Below, piece by piece: positions 47,426 to 58,500 of a DNA stretch of 64,000 bases. The notes beneath the pieces are model-generated. The model saw nothing but the letters and a program-made list of their open reading frames with translations, ran no database searches and was not told the DNA's origin. The translations under genes were made by a program, and so were the position numbers. This stretch comes from Amoebophrya sp. A120 (Eukaryota; Protista; Dinoflagellata). The stretch spans positions 4,215,253-4,279,252 of the forward strand of contig CAJINV010000003.1 in NCBI GenBank assembly GCA_905178155.1, given 5' to 3'. Positions within the stretch are counted from its first letter, which is position 1. Each line of letters opens with the position of its first letter.

Positions 47426-48778
47426 CTACTTCTCCCCCTCCTCCTGCTTATTCTTTTTTTCCTTCTCCTTTGCCGCATCTGATGCGAGTGAGTCTTTGTG
47501 CACGAGCGTGACCGCCGTGCCCAGGAGCGGGTGCGGAACAACGCCGCGATAGGGGAACAGCCGCGGGCGGTACATAGCGGACACGATGGCACCCAGCAGG
47601 ATGTTCATCCAGAAAGGCATCCCGATGCCGAACCAGAGCGGGAACCAGCCCAGAAGGCACATCAGCTCCCACATGTTGCTGAAGGAGGAGCACTGCACGC
47701 ACCAAAGCACTACGGCCAGCATCGTACACCCCTCGTAGTTGGTGACCGTGCAGGCCGGGCAGAGGAAGAGACAGGGGAACTTGGGGAATTTGCGCTTGTC
47801 GCAGGCGAACATGCCGATGGGCTCGTAGATAGTGAAGCAGGCGCCCTCCACGATCCGGCGGTTGCGCGTGGGGCCGAACAGTTTGTTCGGGTGCGAATCG
47901 TCGCGCCACGAGTGCACGTGGTTGTCCACAACGCGGTAAAACCCCGAGCCGTACAGCCGCTTGTCCGGGTCCTCCTCGAAAATGTACCCCGGGTGGCCGT
48001 GGTGGAAAACCTCCCCCTGCTCGTGCGCCACGAAGTCCGGACCGCGGTAGCTGCGCCGCAGCGCGGTGAGGATGAGCCACGCGAGGATGCCCACCGTGGC
48101 CACGAACACCTCCCACATCCAGGTGTGCCAGAAGAGCTTGCTGGTGTCCTGCTCCAGGTCGATCTTGTGTCTCGACGGCCGAAACGGATTGCCGTAGAAG
48201 TCCAGCGTCGTGGTGGAGCCGTCGCTCAGCCGCGTGGTCCGCGAACTCCAGTGGATATCCATCTCGTCGAGGGTCAGCGGCTCCTTGTAAAACTCCTGGG
48301 GGGTCTCACCCCAAGCACCAATGTACCGGCACTGCAAGCCGCACCAAGTTTTCACGTCCTCGGGGTTCATGTTCAGCCGTTTCGTCACGAAATTTTCCGG
48401 GATCGTCAGGCTGTTCACCGGTGGCGTCACCTTGATTTGCGTCACGAACACCTCCATTACCAGACCCTGGGTGTCGCTGCCTTGCCGCGTACTCGAGGCC
48501 TTTTTTCCGTTCGTTATGTTGTGGCTGCTCGGTGGTGGTGTGTCGGTGTTGAGCTTGTTTTTCAGGGTACTACTCCAACTGCGAACATCACTTGCGTCCA
48601 GTAGTTGCTGTTTCCCTGCTTGTAGCAACGATCGCATGCCAGTGGCGGCCGCGGCGCTTCGCTGACGGAAAAGTGACAAAAGGGACGGCGGCGGAGCCCG
48701 GGTTGTGCTACTGGACGACAGCTGCCTCTGTTCCAATTCACTGCTTGCGGTAAGAATTCCAGCCATCGACCCGCCCAT
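47426..48778 (-). CDS. Membrane protein with a Cys-rich (PLAC8-like) segment
   Basis: 450-aa ORF with GC3-rich core; TM WEVFVATVGILAWLILTAL; GMFAC...PCLFLCPAC followed by further hydrophobic segments. Confidence 0.62.
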   Translation of the reverse strand: MGGSMAGILTASSELEQRQLSSSSTTRAPPPSLLSLFRQRSAAAATGMRSLLQAGKQQLLDASDVRSWSSTLKNKLNTDTPPPSSHNITNGKKASSTRQGSDTQGLVMEVFVTQIKVTPPVNSLTIPENFVTKRLNMNPEDVKTWCGLQCRYIGAWGETPQEFYKEPLTLDEMDIHWSSRTTRLSDGSTTTLDFYGNPFRPSRHKIDLEQDTSKLFWHTWMWEVFVATVGILAWLILTALRRSYRGPDFVAHEQGEVFHHGHPGYIFEEDPDKRLYGSGFYRVVDNHVHSWRDDSHPNKLFGPTRNRRIVEGACFTIYEPIGMFACDKRKFPKFPCLFLCPACTVTNYEGCTMLAVVLWCVQCSSFSNMWELMCLLGWFPLWFGIGMPFWMNILLGAIVSAMYRPRLFPYRGVVPHPLLGTAVTLVHKDSLASDAAKEKEKKNKQEEGEK

Positions 48779-49003
48779 CTGTGCCTGATGAAGTCATGAT
48801 TTTTATGGCTGCTTTTATTTCGTTTTTCAAAAGCTACAATTGCATACATTTACATTCATAATACTCAAACTACTTGTATATTCATTGACCACGTGCTGTT
48901 GTATCTTCCTTTCCATAGACTCTAAAAAACTGAATGCCATTCAACACGAAAGCCAGTACGATCTAGATCTATTTCGTGGTTGTACTAGTACTTCACATAA
49001 TTT

Positions 49004-52000
49004 TTATACTAGAAGCTTTCCGAGCACCGAATCCTGCGGTGCTCTGACGGCCTTCTCGTCCTGCGATTCTATTTCTTGGCGTTCTGGCGTAGTCCCGACA
49101 TCCGACGAACCGTTCAAATCTTCCAAGCGAAGATCTGTTTCCTCCGCAAATGACGACGGGGCACTGGAACCCACCGAGGAGGTCGTTCCAGTTTCGCTGT
49201 CGTACGAGAGCGTGTGAGCTGATGGCTTTGCGGGTGGGATTCCTTCCGGGGGGATGCCGGCACTGCTAACATATTGCATTAGCCGGCAACCGTACACCTT
49301 CTTGAGTTGCTGCACCACGGCGTTCACGTTTGCCACGGTGCCCACGGCATCATTGATCAAATCATGGATGTGCGGATAGTAGCAGTACAGCCCAAATTCC
49401 CGCAACTTCGCGCTGTTCAGCATCGTCACGCCCAGGTTCGTCAGATCCTCTATGGCCTCGGTTTCAGCTCTCTCCAAAGACATCTCCACGACTTTTTCCT
49501 GTTTGTATTTATTTTCGAAGATGATGCAATAAATCCGTCGTGTGTGTGCTTCTTTTTGCGGCGCGGACGACGTGCGCAAGTAGCTATTGGGTTGCTCAAT
49601 GCTGCGTAGGAATAAGTACTCTGCGCGTCTTCAAAGTTGTCACTCGATCAAACAAAAATGTAATAACGAAAAAGTACCCCCATCATTGTTAAGAGCGCTT
49701 CTTCGGACAAAATGTTCAGGTGGAGCTCGTCCCGGCATCGTTTCAACTCGGCCAGCTTTTCGTCGGGCTTGGACTGCCAGTCCATCGAGGCCCACTGGTC
49801 GGTCATCGCGTGGATGAGCGCTGCGAAGGCGATGACCTGGGCCTCCAGGGTCTGCAACCTCGTGGCCTCGGTGCTTGTGTCCTGAAAGGCCAGGGAACGC
49901 GGTAGAACGCCGTGACTAGCCAAGGATCCCGTCGCGGACATCAGCGCTCCCTGCGTGGTCATGTGCTCCTCGAATGCGTTGTGGAAGTCTTTGCGGACGT
50001 TGAACCATTCATCGGAGGAGAAGCACTCCACGTGCTCCACGACGCACAGCAGTCCCGCTTGACACACCACATTTGAAGCGACCGACTGCATCGCGTCCTG
50101 GACACCGTGCTTGCCCTGGTGCCCCTCGGGGTACTCCACCTTCAAGAACGAGTACGCCTGGGGCACTTCCGGCACCTTCGAGGAAGTAGTCGTACCAAGG
50201 CTTCCCGCGGAGGAAGACGCTGACGTCGCTGCCAGCTGGTTTGTTTTGCTGTCTTGCAGCAGAAGTCCTCGTTGTTCGCTCTTGCGAGGACCGTCGCCGG
50301 CCAACCGCGTCGAGAAACTCGTGGTGTCATCTTCCGAGGCTGCAGCTACCGATGATGTTGCCACCGTGGCAGAAACGCTCGGACGGCTGTGAATGATCGG
50401 CAAGGCAGATGCGCGATCCAGGCCTCGCGGCTGGTTGTCGACCACGTCCCTTGTAGTTCCCCTGGTCGTCGTGCTGTGTGACTCTGCTTTTCTATCTTGC
50501 TTTTGCATCAAGACCTGCAGGAACGCTAAAGCTGTTGTTGCGCTGTTCGTCGCGCTCGTCGTGTGGTCGGCCAGGTTCATGGTACAGGTCTCCGCAGAGT
50601 ACACTTCGGGAAGCGAGGCGCCCATCTCCCGGATTACCTCCTCACGGAAGGCCTCGGAAGCGAGGACCTCCACAAAGGGAGCCTCGTCGGTTATGTGCTT
50701 CACCTCCACGTAAAATTTCACATCCACAGGCACGGAGGGGTTGGTGGCGTTCGGTGGAACAGTCAAGCTGCCCGAGGACTCTCCACTAGGTGTAGCTTCT
50801 TCTCTCTGCTGGACGTGCAAGCCCGTGATATGAATCCAGTGATGGTCGCCGGCGGCTTCTGCCGTCGCAGTGATGTTCTGTCCGCTAATAGCGGACGCCG
50901 CCTTTACCGTCAAAGAGCTCCGCATCATCGTTTCGAGCGCATCTTCGAAGGGCTTGTGGCAGGCGCTCGTTCCGGTGCCGGCATCGTCTATGCAGAACTT
51001 TGGCACCTTGCCAAGGATGTGATTCTCGCCGGTCTTCAGTGTGTACCGCTGCGCGTTGATTGATACGTCGTACACGTTCGGATTGTCCTTTATGCTGTCC
51101 GCTGCTCTGCCGTTTTTTACCTCTTGTCTTTGAAAAAAAGCCGGGGAAGTTTCTTCTTTTGATTCGGTTTTTAGCTCTTTCGCTTCGCTTTCCAGCACCC
51201 CGATTATGGCGTCGAGAGTCGCCAATAGACTCTGACGATTCCTAGCCTCGCTCGACATTGGACCAATATGATCCAGCAGACTACCTTCCTTGCCGCCAGT
51301 GCGCGCCGATTCTATCTTTTTCTGCAAAGCGGCCGCTTGAGCGAACGCCCTGGTCAGGGTGTCCTCTACGCCTTTTGCACTTTTCCCATCGTTGCCAGTA
51401 TCAGGAGCAGCTGCGACTGCGGAGGTCGACGGCGTGCTACTTTCTTGCGAAACAAGTGACGCAGTGCTGCTGCCGCTGTTTGAAAAAACGGATTTTGTTT
51501 CTTCTGCAATTTTTCGTCGCAGTGGTGCGAGTTTTTCCTCTGCGCTTTTGTCTTCAAGCAGCTTTGACACCATACTAATGTCCTGTGCGAATGAGCTCGT
51601 TCCCTGCCCTTGCTCTCCAGCTGCTTGTTGTACTTCGTGTAATTGCAGACCTTCTTTCCTTGCCGCAGCCGATGCCAAAAGCGAGCTGATGCCCTCGAGT
51701 ACCTTGCGCTGCTTCTCCTTCACGCTCGCAATTTGTTTTTCTACCAGGTTGCGATCGTGCTTCAGTCGTTGTAGCTCTGGTGATGTACCAAGAGATCGCA
51801 TGTGCGCCTCAAGCGGTCCAACACTCGTCTCCGCTGCGCTTTCCTGGATTTGCGCCACGCCAACATCAGCGGGCTTGTTTTCCAACAGCGTCAGCTTACG
51901 TAGGGCGTCCAGCTTTGCTGCCATTTTCACCACTTGCGTGTCTTGCTCGTCTATTGCTCTCCGCGTCACGCCTATGGCGTCCGTGACTCCGCTTCGCAAC

Positions 52001-54295
52001 AGACGCAATGTCTCCCCGAGCTCCTGTGTCCGATCCCACGCACTCAGGATGGTCGCCGCAACGCTAGTACTGGGAAGAAGATCGTGCTCGTGCATTTGAT
52101 CAATTTCAAATGATGGGCTTCTGCCAGAAGATTCGGGAGGAGCGAAGCCGTGCGTCCGGAAGACACTGTTGTGCAGCCCAGCGAGGATTTTCTGCTTCAC
52201 TTGCTGATTAGTGCGCTCGACTACCGCGATCTCCTTCTGCAGGTGATCTGCGTCTGATGTGGTTGCTTTCTCAGCTGCTTGGCTGTCAGCTCCTCCAGTC
52301 GTTCGGTTTTGCAAGGTGGGCTCCTGTCTATTTTTTGCCTCTAGAAGAACTTGCTGGCTTGATGGTGCCAACGTTGTCGGGATTTTTGTTTGCTGTAGAA
52401 GAGCACTGAGGTCTTCAATGATAGCTTCCTGGTGTTTTCGCAGCTCTGCAACAGCTTCCTGTAGACCCTGCCCCTTCGCGGTTAGAGCTCTGATGGACGC
52501 AGTGATCGCCCCTGTGCTACCAAGTGCCGCTTCTGTTTTCAGTTTTTTGTTTCCGCGTTTGGAAGGAAAGCTCTAATGAAAAAGAACGAAAGAACGATAA
52601 CGAGGAAAAAAGGACCATGATAATTCTCCACATCGCCTCAAGGTGAGGACTAGCAACAGCTACAGTACCACAAATACCTGCTTTCTCTTGTTCTGCGCGA
52701 CTCCTATGATCTGTCTGCTCCTTGTGCTTCTCTCGTATTTGGATGAACGACGCCGCTGTGCTATTGGCTGACGCAGTCTGTGCGTGTGCAGCCGTTTCCA
52801 GCTTCTTGTGCGTTCGTGTGGCACCAACGTCTCGGCGCTCTGGGACGAGCACGCCCACACCCGTTTCATCGGCGACCTCTCTTCTGTCCCTAGTTCGGCT
52901 GCCGCTCCTCCCCTCCCATTCGCGATCGGCCTCCGAAACGACAATATCGTCATCCATCAGCTCATTGTCCGAGGGAACAGTGGCTCCACTGGGGAAGCGT
53001 TGCAGCTGTTCCGTTTGATCGATGTAGCGCCCATCACGCTGGTGCCCCCGGCGCTCGCTAGCGGAAACGCGATGTCCGGAGGCGGGCCAGCTTGCGCGAG
53101 CTGCTTCAGTGCCACGAACCGTAGAAGTGGTGCTGCCCCCAAGGGTAGCGTCCCCCTCGGCCGCCGCCGCACCTAGAGACGACAGTACCCGCCGCATTCC
53201 GGCCTCCGTGTCGGAGATTGACGCTTCCAGCTGCTGTCGTTTTCGATGCAAAGCGAGCTCCTGCTGTCGCAGTGTTGCGACTTTTGCTGCGGAAGTTTCC
53301 ATCTGTCTACGCGCTTCCTGTGCCCGATGGCTGAGCATCTGCGCCTCCGCGGCAACACGCTCGGTAAAAGAGGAGGACGATGGTGGCCCAGGACTTGGAG
53401 CATCTTCGCCCGCACGCCGCTCTTCATCATCCTCATCGTCAGCGGATGTTGCTGCACCACTACTAGGTCCTCCGCCATCATCTACCACAACGTCATCCTC
53501 TGTCAAATCTCTTCCACTTCCACTATCACTATCTGCGCTGCTGGTATAATCTCCTGCGGGCGACGGCACATCGGGCAATGGAAGAGAAGAGTCTTCGGAC
53601 TTCTCGATATCACGAGACTGCTCTGCTGCATCTGTTAAACGAAGCTGCTCCTGCTTCTCCGCCTCGATACCCTCAACATCTTCTGCAACTGGAGGTGCGC
53701 CGGCGGAAGTATCTTCTTCAGCAGTGGTAGTTGAAGCGGTGCCGTCGTCTTCCGAGGCAGCTCCTCCCGCACCGCCACCGGAATCAACAGGCGGCGGCTC
53801 TTCCTCTTCTACACGACCTCCTGCTTTTGAGGTAGCTTCCCTCGTCGACCCTTGTGCTTCGTCCGCTTCGTCTCCTGGCTCTGTTCCTTCTTGCGCGCCG
53901 GCCGCCGCTGAAGAAGAACTGGAAGCGGTAGCGGAGCCGCTCGGGCTACTGTTTTCATCCTCAATCCCCCCGGTTCGATCGCCTACCTCCGGTAGGATGT
54001 CGTCGTCCTCCTCGTCTCCGAAAGCCCCCGTTCGGTGCACCCGCCGCATCAAATCGGACCGCGCACCAGCATAGGCTTGTTTGGCGCCGTTGCAGGCGCA
54101 GAGCGAAAGTACGCCGAACAGCACAGGCGGCCCCCTCCGGCGGCATTTTTTGGTTCTTCTTGAAGCCACTGTCGTGGCACGAGAACTGCTGGAACAAGCA
54201 GGTCCAGTACCGACACGCAGCTTCATGACAACTTCTCCCGCGATGCTTGCTTCATGAGGCTCGTCCCGCGATGGTGGGTCGCGTTGATACGGCAT
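49004..54295 (-). CDS. Large putatively secreted acidic/coiled-coil protein, 3 exons
   Basis: ORFs 52517-54295, 49648-52371 and 49004-49579 join in frame via GT-AG introns 52533-52677 (EQEKA-EAALG) and 49499-49677 (LTMMG-EKVVEM). Hydrophobic PVLFGVLSLCAC near the N-terminus. Confidence 0.7.
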
Positions 54296-54922
54296 TTTTA
54301 TCGCGCCACGTTGGCGAGTAAGCTAATCTGCTCTAGAAGTACACCACAAACTCCCGTCGCACCAGGGAAGCGCGCACAACTGCTGGGTCTGTGCCCAGTT
54401 CGCGTTTGGTGCCCATCTTCATCCACAACAAACACGACTCATGTTTTATTCTCTACAGTTTGGTTTCCATTATTGCACCCGCTAAGTAGAACCAAAGATG
54501 TCGATGTGTTCTATCTGTTCGAAATCACAGAAAGAATCGAAATCCAAGTTGCTCTCGAAAAGAAGAAATCGAACTCCTCTCGTCGTCGTAGCAGTTCTCC
54601 GACACGTTTTGCTGCGCCCTCACAACTCTCTGACAAATACTTGGCCGCCCAGCAAGAACGGTATCCCATGTAGACGACTTTCATCTCAACATGACTTGAG
54701 ATTGATGAGAACAATTCATCTACTGTGCTTGAGCGAACACCAGGACGAGTTTCTTGACTGCATTTCGTGTAGAAATTTAGCACGCGCTCCGCGCGCACGA
54801 CAACTCCATCAGAATTCATTAGACACTTCTCCCGAAGAAACGTCAGAAACCTCAATTTTCTTTCGGGTGCAGCAAGATTTTACACAAGTCGAAAGAAATG
54901 GCATTGGCATGATCAAGAGAGT

Positions 54923-54972
54923 TAGTAGTAGTAGTAGTGATTCCCAGCAAGGGGAGTAGTAGTAGTAGTAGT
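54923..54972. repeat. (AGT)n microsatellite, two short tracts
   Basis: tagtagtagtagtagt and agtagtagtagtagtagt in intergenic DNA. Confidence 0.7.
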
Positions 54973-55567
54973 TACAACAATAGAAACATTTATACTTAAG
55001 TAAACGAGCCGAGTGCTGATGATTTGAATCTGTTCGACTCTAAGCCTTAGATTGTCCCTGTGCGATTCACTCCTATTCTTTTTCGTCCCTGGAGTCTTCG
55101 CATTTGCTGAATAGGAGTAATTTGCTCTTGGAAGGACGCAGCGGAAGAAATGCTGATGCTGCTTGCTGTTTGTTGTACTAGTACAAATAGAAATAAAGCT
55201 ACTAACTATCAGCTCCTGCTTCGATAGAACGAATTTCGTGCGTTTGAACTTGCGATCGTGATTGAGATTGTAGGACTGGAAAATGAATCAGAGGGCAGGA
55301 GCGAAAGCGGGAGAGGGCATTATTGTGCAGAGAGTCAAAATTGTACTGAAAGTCTTTACGCAAGACAGATTTGCTTTTGAAGAGAAGGGGAGAAGAGAGG
55401 AATAGGAACGAGCAGAGCACTTCATGATCAATATCGCTTTCGATACATTGATCGCAAGTATTCACCATACATTGCAGCGGAAACTACGAAATTTTTATTT
55501 TATTGCAGTATCACTTCGAACGACGACATCATACATACTAGGAGCCTGCTCCGTTACTTGGACGCAT

Positions 55568-58500
55568 CTAGAGCAATGTGACGGTCTGCTCGTCTAAAGG
55601 TTCAACGACGGCTGAAGTGAGAGTGACCACTGCAGGAGGCTGCGGATTATCTTGTGGTGGTGGAACTTCTACAACTACAGCCGCAGCGCTTCCTGTTGGT
55701 GGCGCAGCAGCAGGTTTGATGTCCCCTTCCGTCGGTTCTTCGTCCAACCTTGTTACTGTGAATCCCCGCTTGGGACGCGCGGGCTCGCCGTCTTGCTCCT
55801 CTGTAAACTTGGTTACTGTCATGCCGCGCTTAAAGGTAAGCGGCAGGGGCGCCTGCTGCGCGGGTGGGGCTCCTTCGGCTTCCGCCGCGTCCCGCAAGTC
55901 ACCAGTCTTGCTGTCCGTGTCCCGAGCCGCCCCGGAGGACGGCTCGTCGGTACTTTCCGCACCGTCCTCGTCGCACAGTTTCATGTGGAGCAAATCTTCG
56001 TCGATGATCGTGAGTTCCACAACTGACCCGTCCTTCGTCGGCTCTCCGCCCTTGATGGTTTTCCCGACCCCGGGTCGGGGTGTCCACTCCCGCCCCGGCT
56101 CCGGTAGGGGTTGCGGGATAATCTGCTGCGCACGAGATAAACGCGCACCTGCGGCGTCGTCTTTCGCCGGGGGGCTTTCGTCCTCTGCGTCTGGAGGCGG
56201 GTCGAAACCGAGCATCTTCATTTGGCGGATGTACCAGCGGCCGACGACGTTTTCGTACTCGGTATCCACGTAGTAGGCGTCGACCACGCCGAACGGCTTG
56301 GTCAGCTTCTGCCACATGGTCAAAAAGGCCGCCACCATGCCGATGTACCCGATGTAGGCGCCGACGAAGGCGAGGAAGTTCTTCAGCTCCAAAATGGGAA
56401 TCTCCTGGAACCGCTGGCTGCCCGGGTCGATCTGGAAGAGCAGGCGGACGCTGCAGGACGAACGCATCGTGTAGTCCGCGTCCGCGTAGTTGATGTCCAG
56501 CGAGGAGATGCTGGTCGCCCAGCGGTCCAGCACAATGCCGCCTTGCCACTTGTCCACCACGTAGATCGGGTTCACCTGCCACACTAAGTTGATCTGCACG
56601 ATGCTCATCGGTTTGATCGCGATGAACCCGTCCTCGGCGGACCCGAGGGTGCGCAGCCCCGAGTGCAGATCTAGGTTGAGGTTGTCCAGCTGCGCGAGCA
56701 GGCTCTCCAGTTTCTCGCCCGAGTCGTGCGCCGGCCAGTACTTGGGCTCGATCTGCTCCAGCAGCGCCTTCGTGCGCTTGTGGTTCACGTTGATCCTCAC
56801 CCCGGGTAGCAACATCGGGGGGTTGGCCGGGATGCCCTGCGCGCACCCGCGAATCTTGTTCGTGCAAATCGCCCGGCCCCGCGCGAGGGGCTCCGCGGCC
56901 CACAGTCGCGGCTCGTTGTTCACGTAATCGCCGCCCTCCGCCATGTACTCTTTCTCGACTTCGAGGAATTTTTTGTCGAACGTCAGGTAGTACGTGGCCT
57001 CCAAATCCACGTTCCATTCCGGTAACGTGGCGGAGTAAGACTCGTCGGCCCTTTCCTTGGGCAAGAGCCACTGCCCCGTCAGCGGCCCCGCGATCTCGAA
57101 CAGCATGTGGTGGCCGGGGAGGAAGTCCTTGGAGCAGAACATGCGGTACTTGTCTCTGCTGTCGGTTCTCAGTTCCGCCTGGGATTTGCAGTGCTGGAAG
57201 GCCTGCGTGTCGCTAAACTGCTTGACCGTGCAATTCTGGACGGAAAAGTTGTCCTCCAGCGTGATCCCCCACTTCCCCCAGAACTGCTTGAAAATGCCGC
57301 GGCCCGGGCTGTTCGCGAAGGCGTTCGTCAAAAATTCGCCGTCAATGGCCTGGCTCGGACAGAGGTCTGCGTACGGGGTGCGCTTGGGCATCACGAACAC
57401 GGCCATGTGTGCGTCCAGGGACTCGGGGGAGCGGTAGGTCTCCGTGGTGGTGGACCCGTGCCGGTTTTTGGGGAGGTACACCGAGCTGGGATCGCGAAAG
57501 AGGTTCACCTTGGAAATGGACTGCACCACAAACGAGATCACTTTCTTGTCGGTTTGGCTCGAGGATGTGGACGAGGCGAACAGGGACAGAGCGTCCTCCA
57601 AGTTCAGTGCGCTCTTCGTGCCGCCCTGGGAAGCGAAGTCGTAAAACCCGAGCTCTTCGAGCTGGGCCTCGTTCAGGAAGGCCCTTGCGCACACCGGAAC
57701 CATTCCAATGACGGCATTCGGCGGCCACTGGGTGGAATCCGTCCAGTTTGCGGCCACTGGACACAACGTCAAATTCGCGGCAGAAGCTGTTAGCGATCGA
57801 AGGTTTTTGGGCCCGTCTGCATTTTCGTCTAGTACTTCGTCTTCGGTGAGCAAGTACGGAAAATAAACCTGCTCATCTCCCACCATCGTGGGAACCCATT
57901 TGGTGTTTGTGCTACGTGCCTCCTCCTCCGCCCCAGCCCCGCTCTGATGTCCTCCTGCTTCGTCATTCGAAAAAATCATAGAATTTTTATCCCGTGCGAG
58001 TTGCAGTTCTTCGCTTGCTGGATCAAGAAGCATGCTGCGGTACTCTCGCTGCAGCATTTTTATTTCGAGTTCCCTTCGCTTGCGCAGCGAAAGTTCTCGG
58101 TTATTCCGGTCCACGTGGTCACCAGAACTACTGATCTCCTCGCTAACTTCGTCGTCCAGCAGCCGAAGGCGTTCGTTACCGCGATTCGCCTGCTCTCGAC
58201 GGAGCGCCAGCACCTCGGCTCGCGTACGAGCTCGGCTTGTTTCGTAATCGGGAACCTCGTTATAATGGAGCGCGGCGTACACATCTTCATCTGCACCGTT
58301 GAGAGTTCCTCGTAGTCTACGGTTCCGACGATAGAGCTGCTGATATTCTGTACTGCTGTAAACGCGCTGATAAAGACTTTCGGCCAGCACCAGAGCATCA
58401 CTGCTCGTCTCGGTGAGTTGGGAACTGTCTGGGCCGCTTGTCTTGAGGTCCACTTTGGTAAACTCCGCCGCCATCCAGGGAAATTTCTCAACCATGCGCG

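Noticed and set aside
52517-52575. Apparent +1 frameshift at an A6 run after acceptor 52573
   Set aside because: A downstream acceptor at 52533 gives an in-frame GT-AG join, so no recoding is needed.
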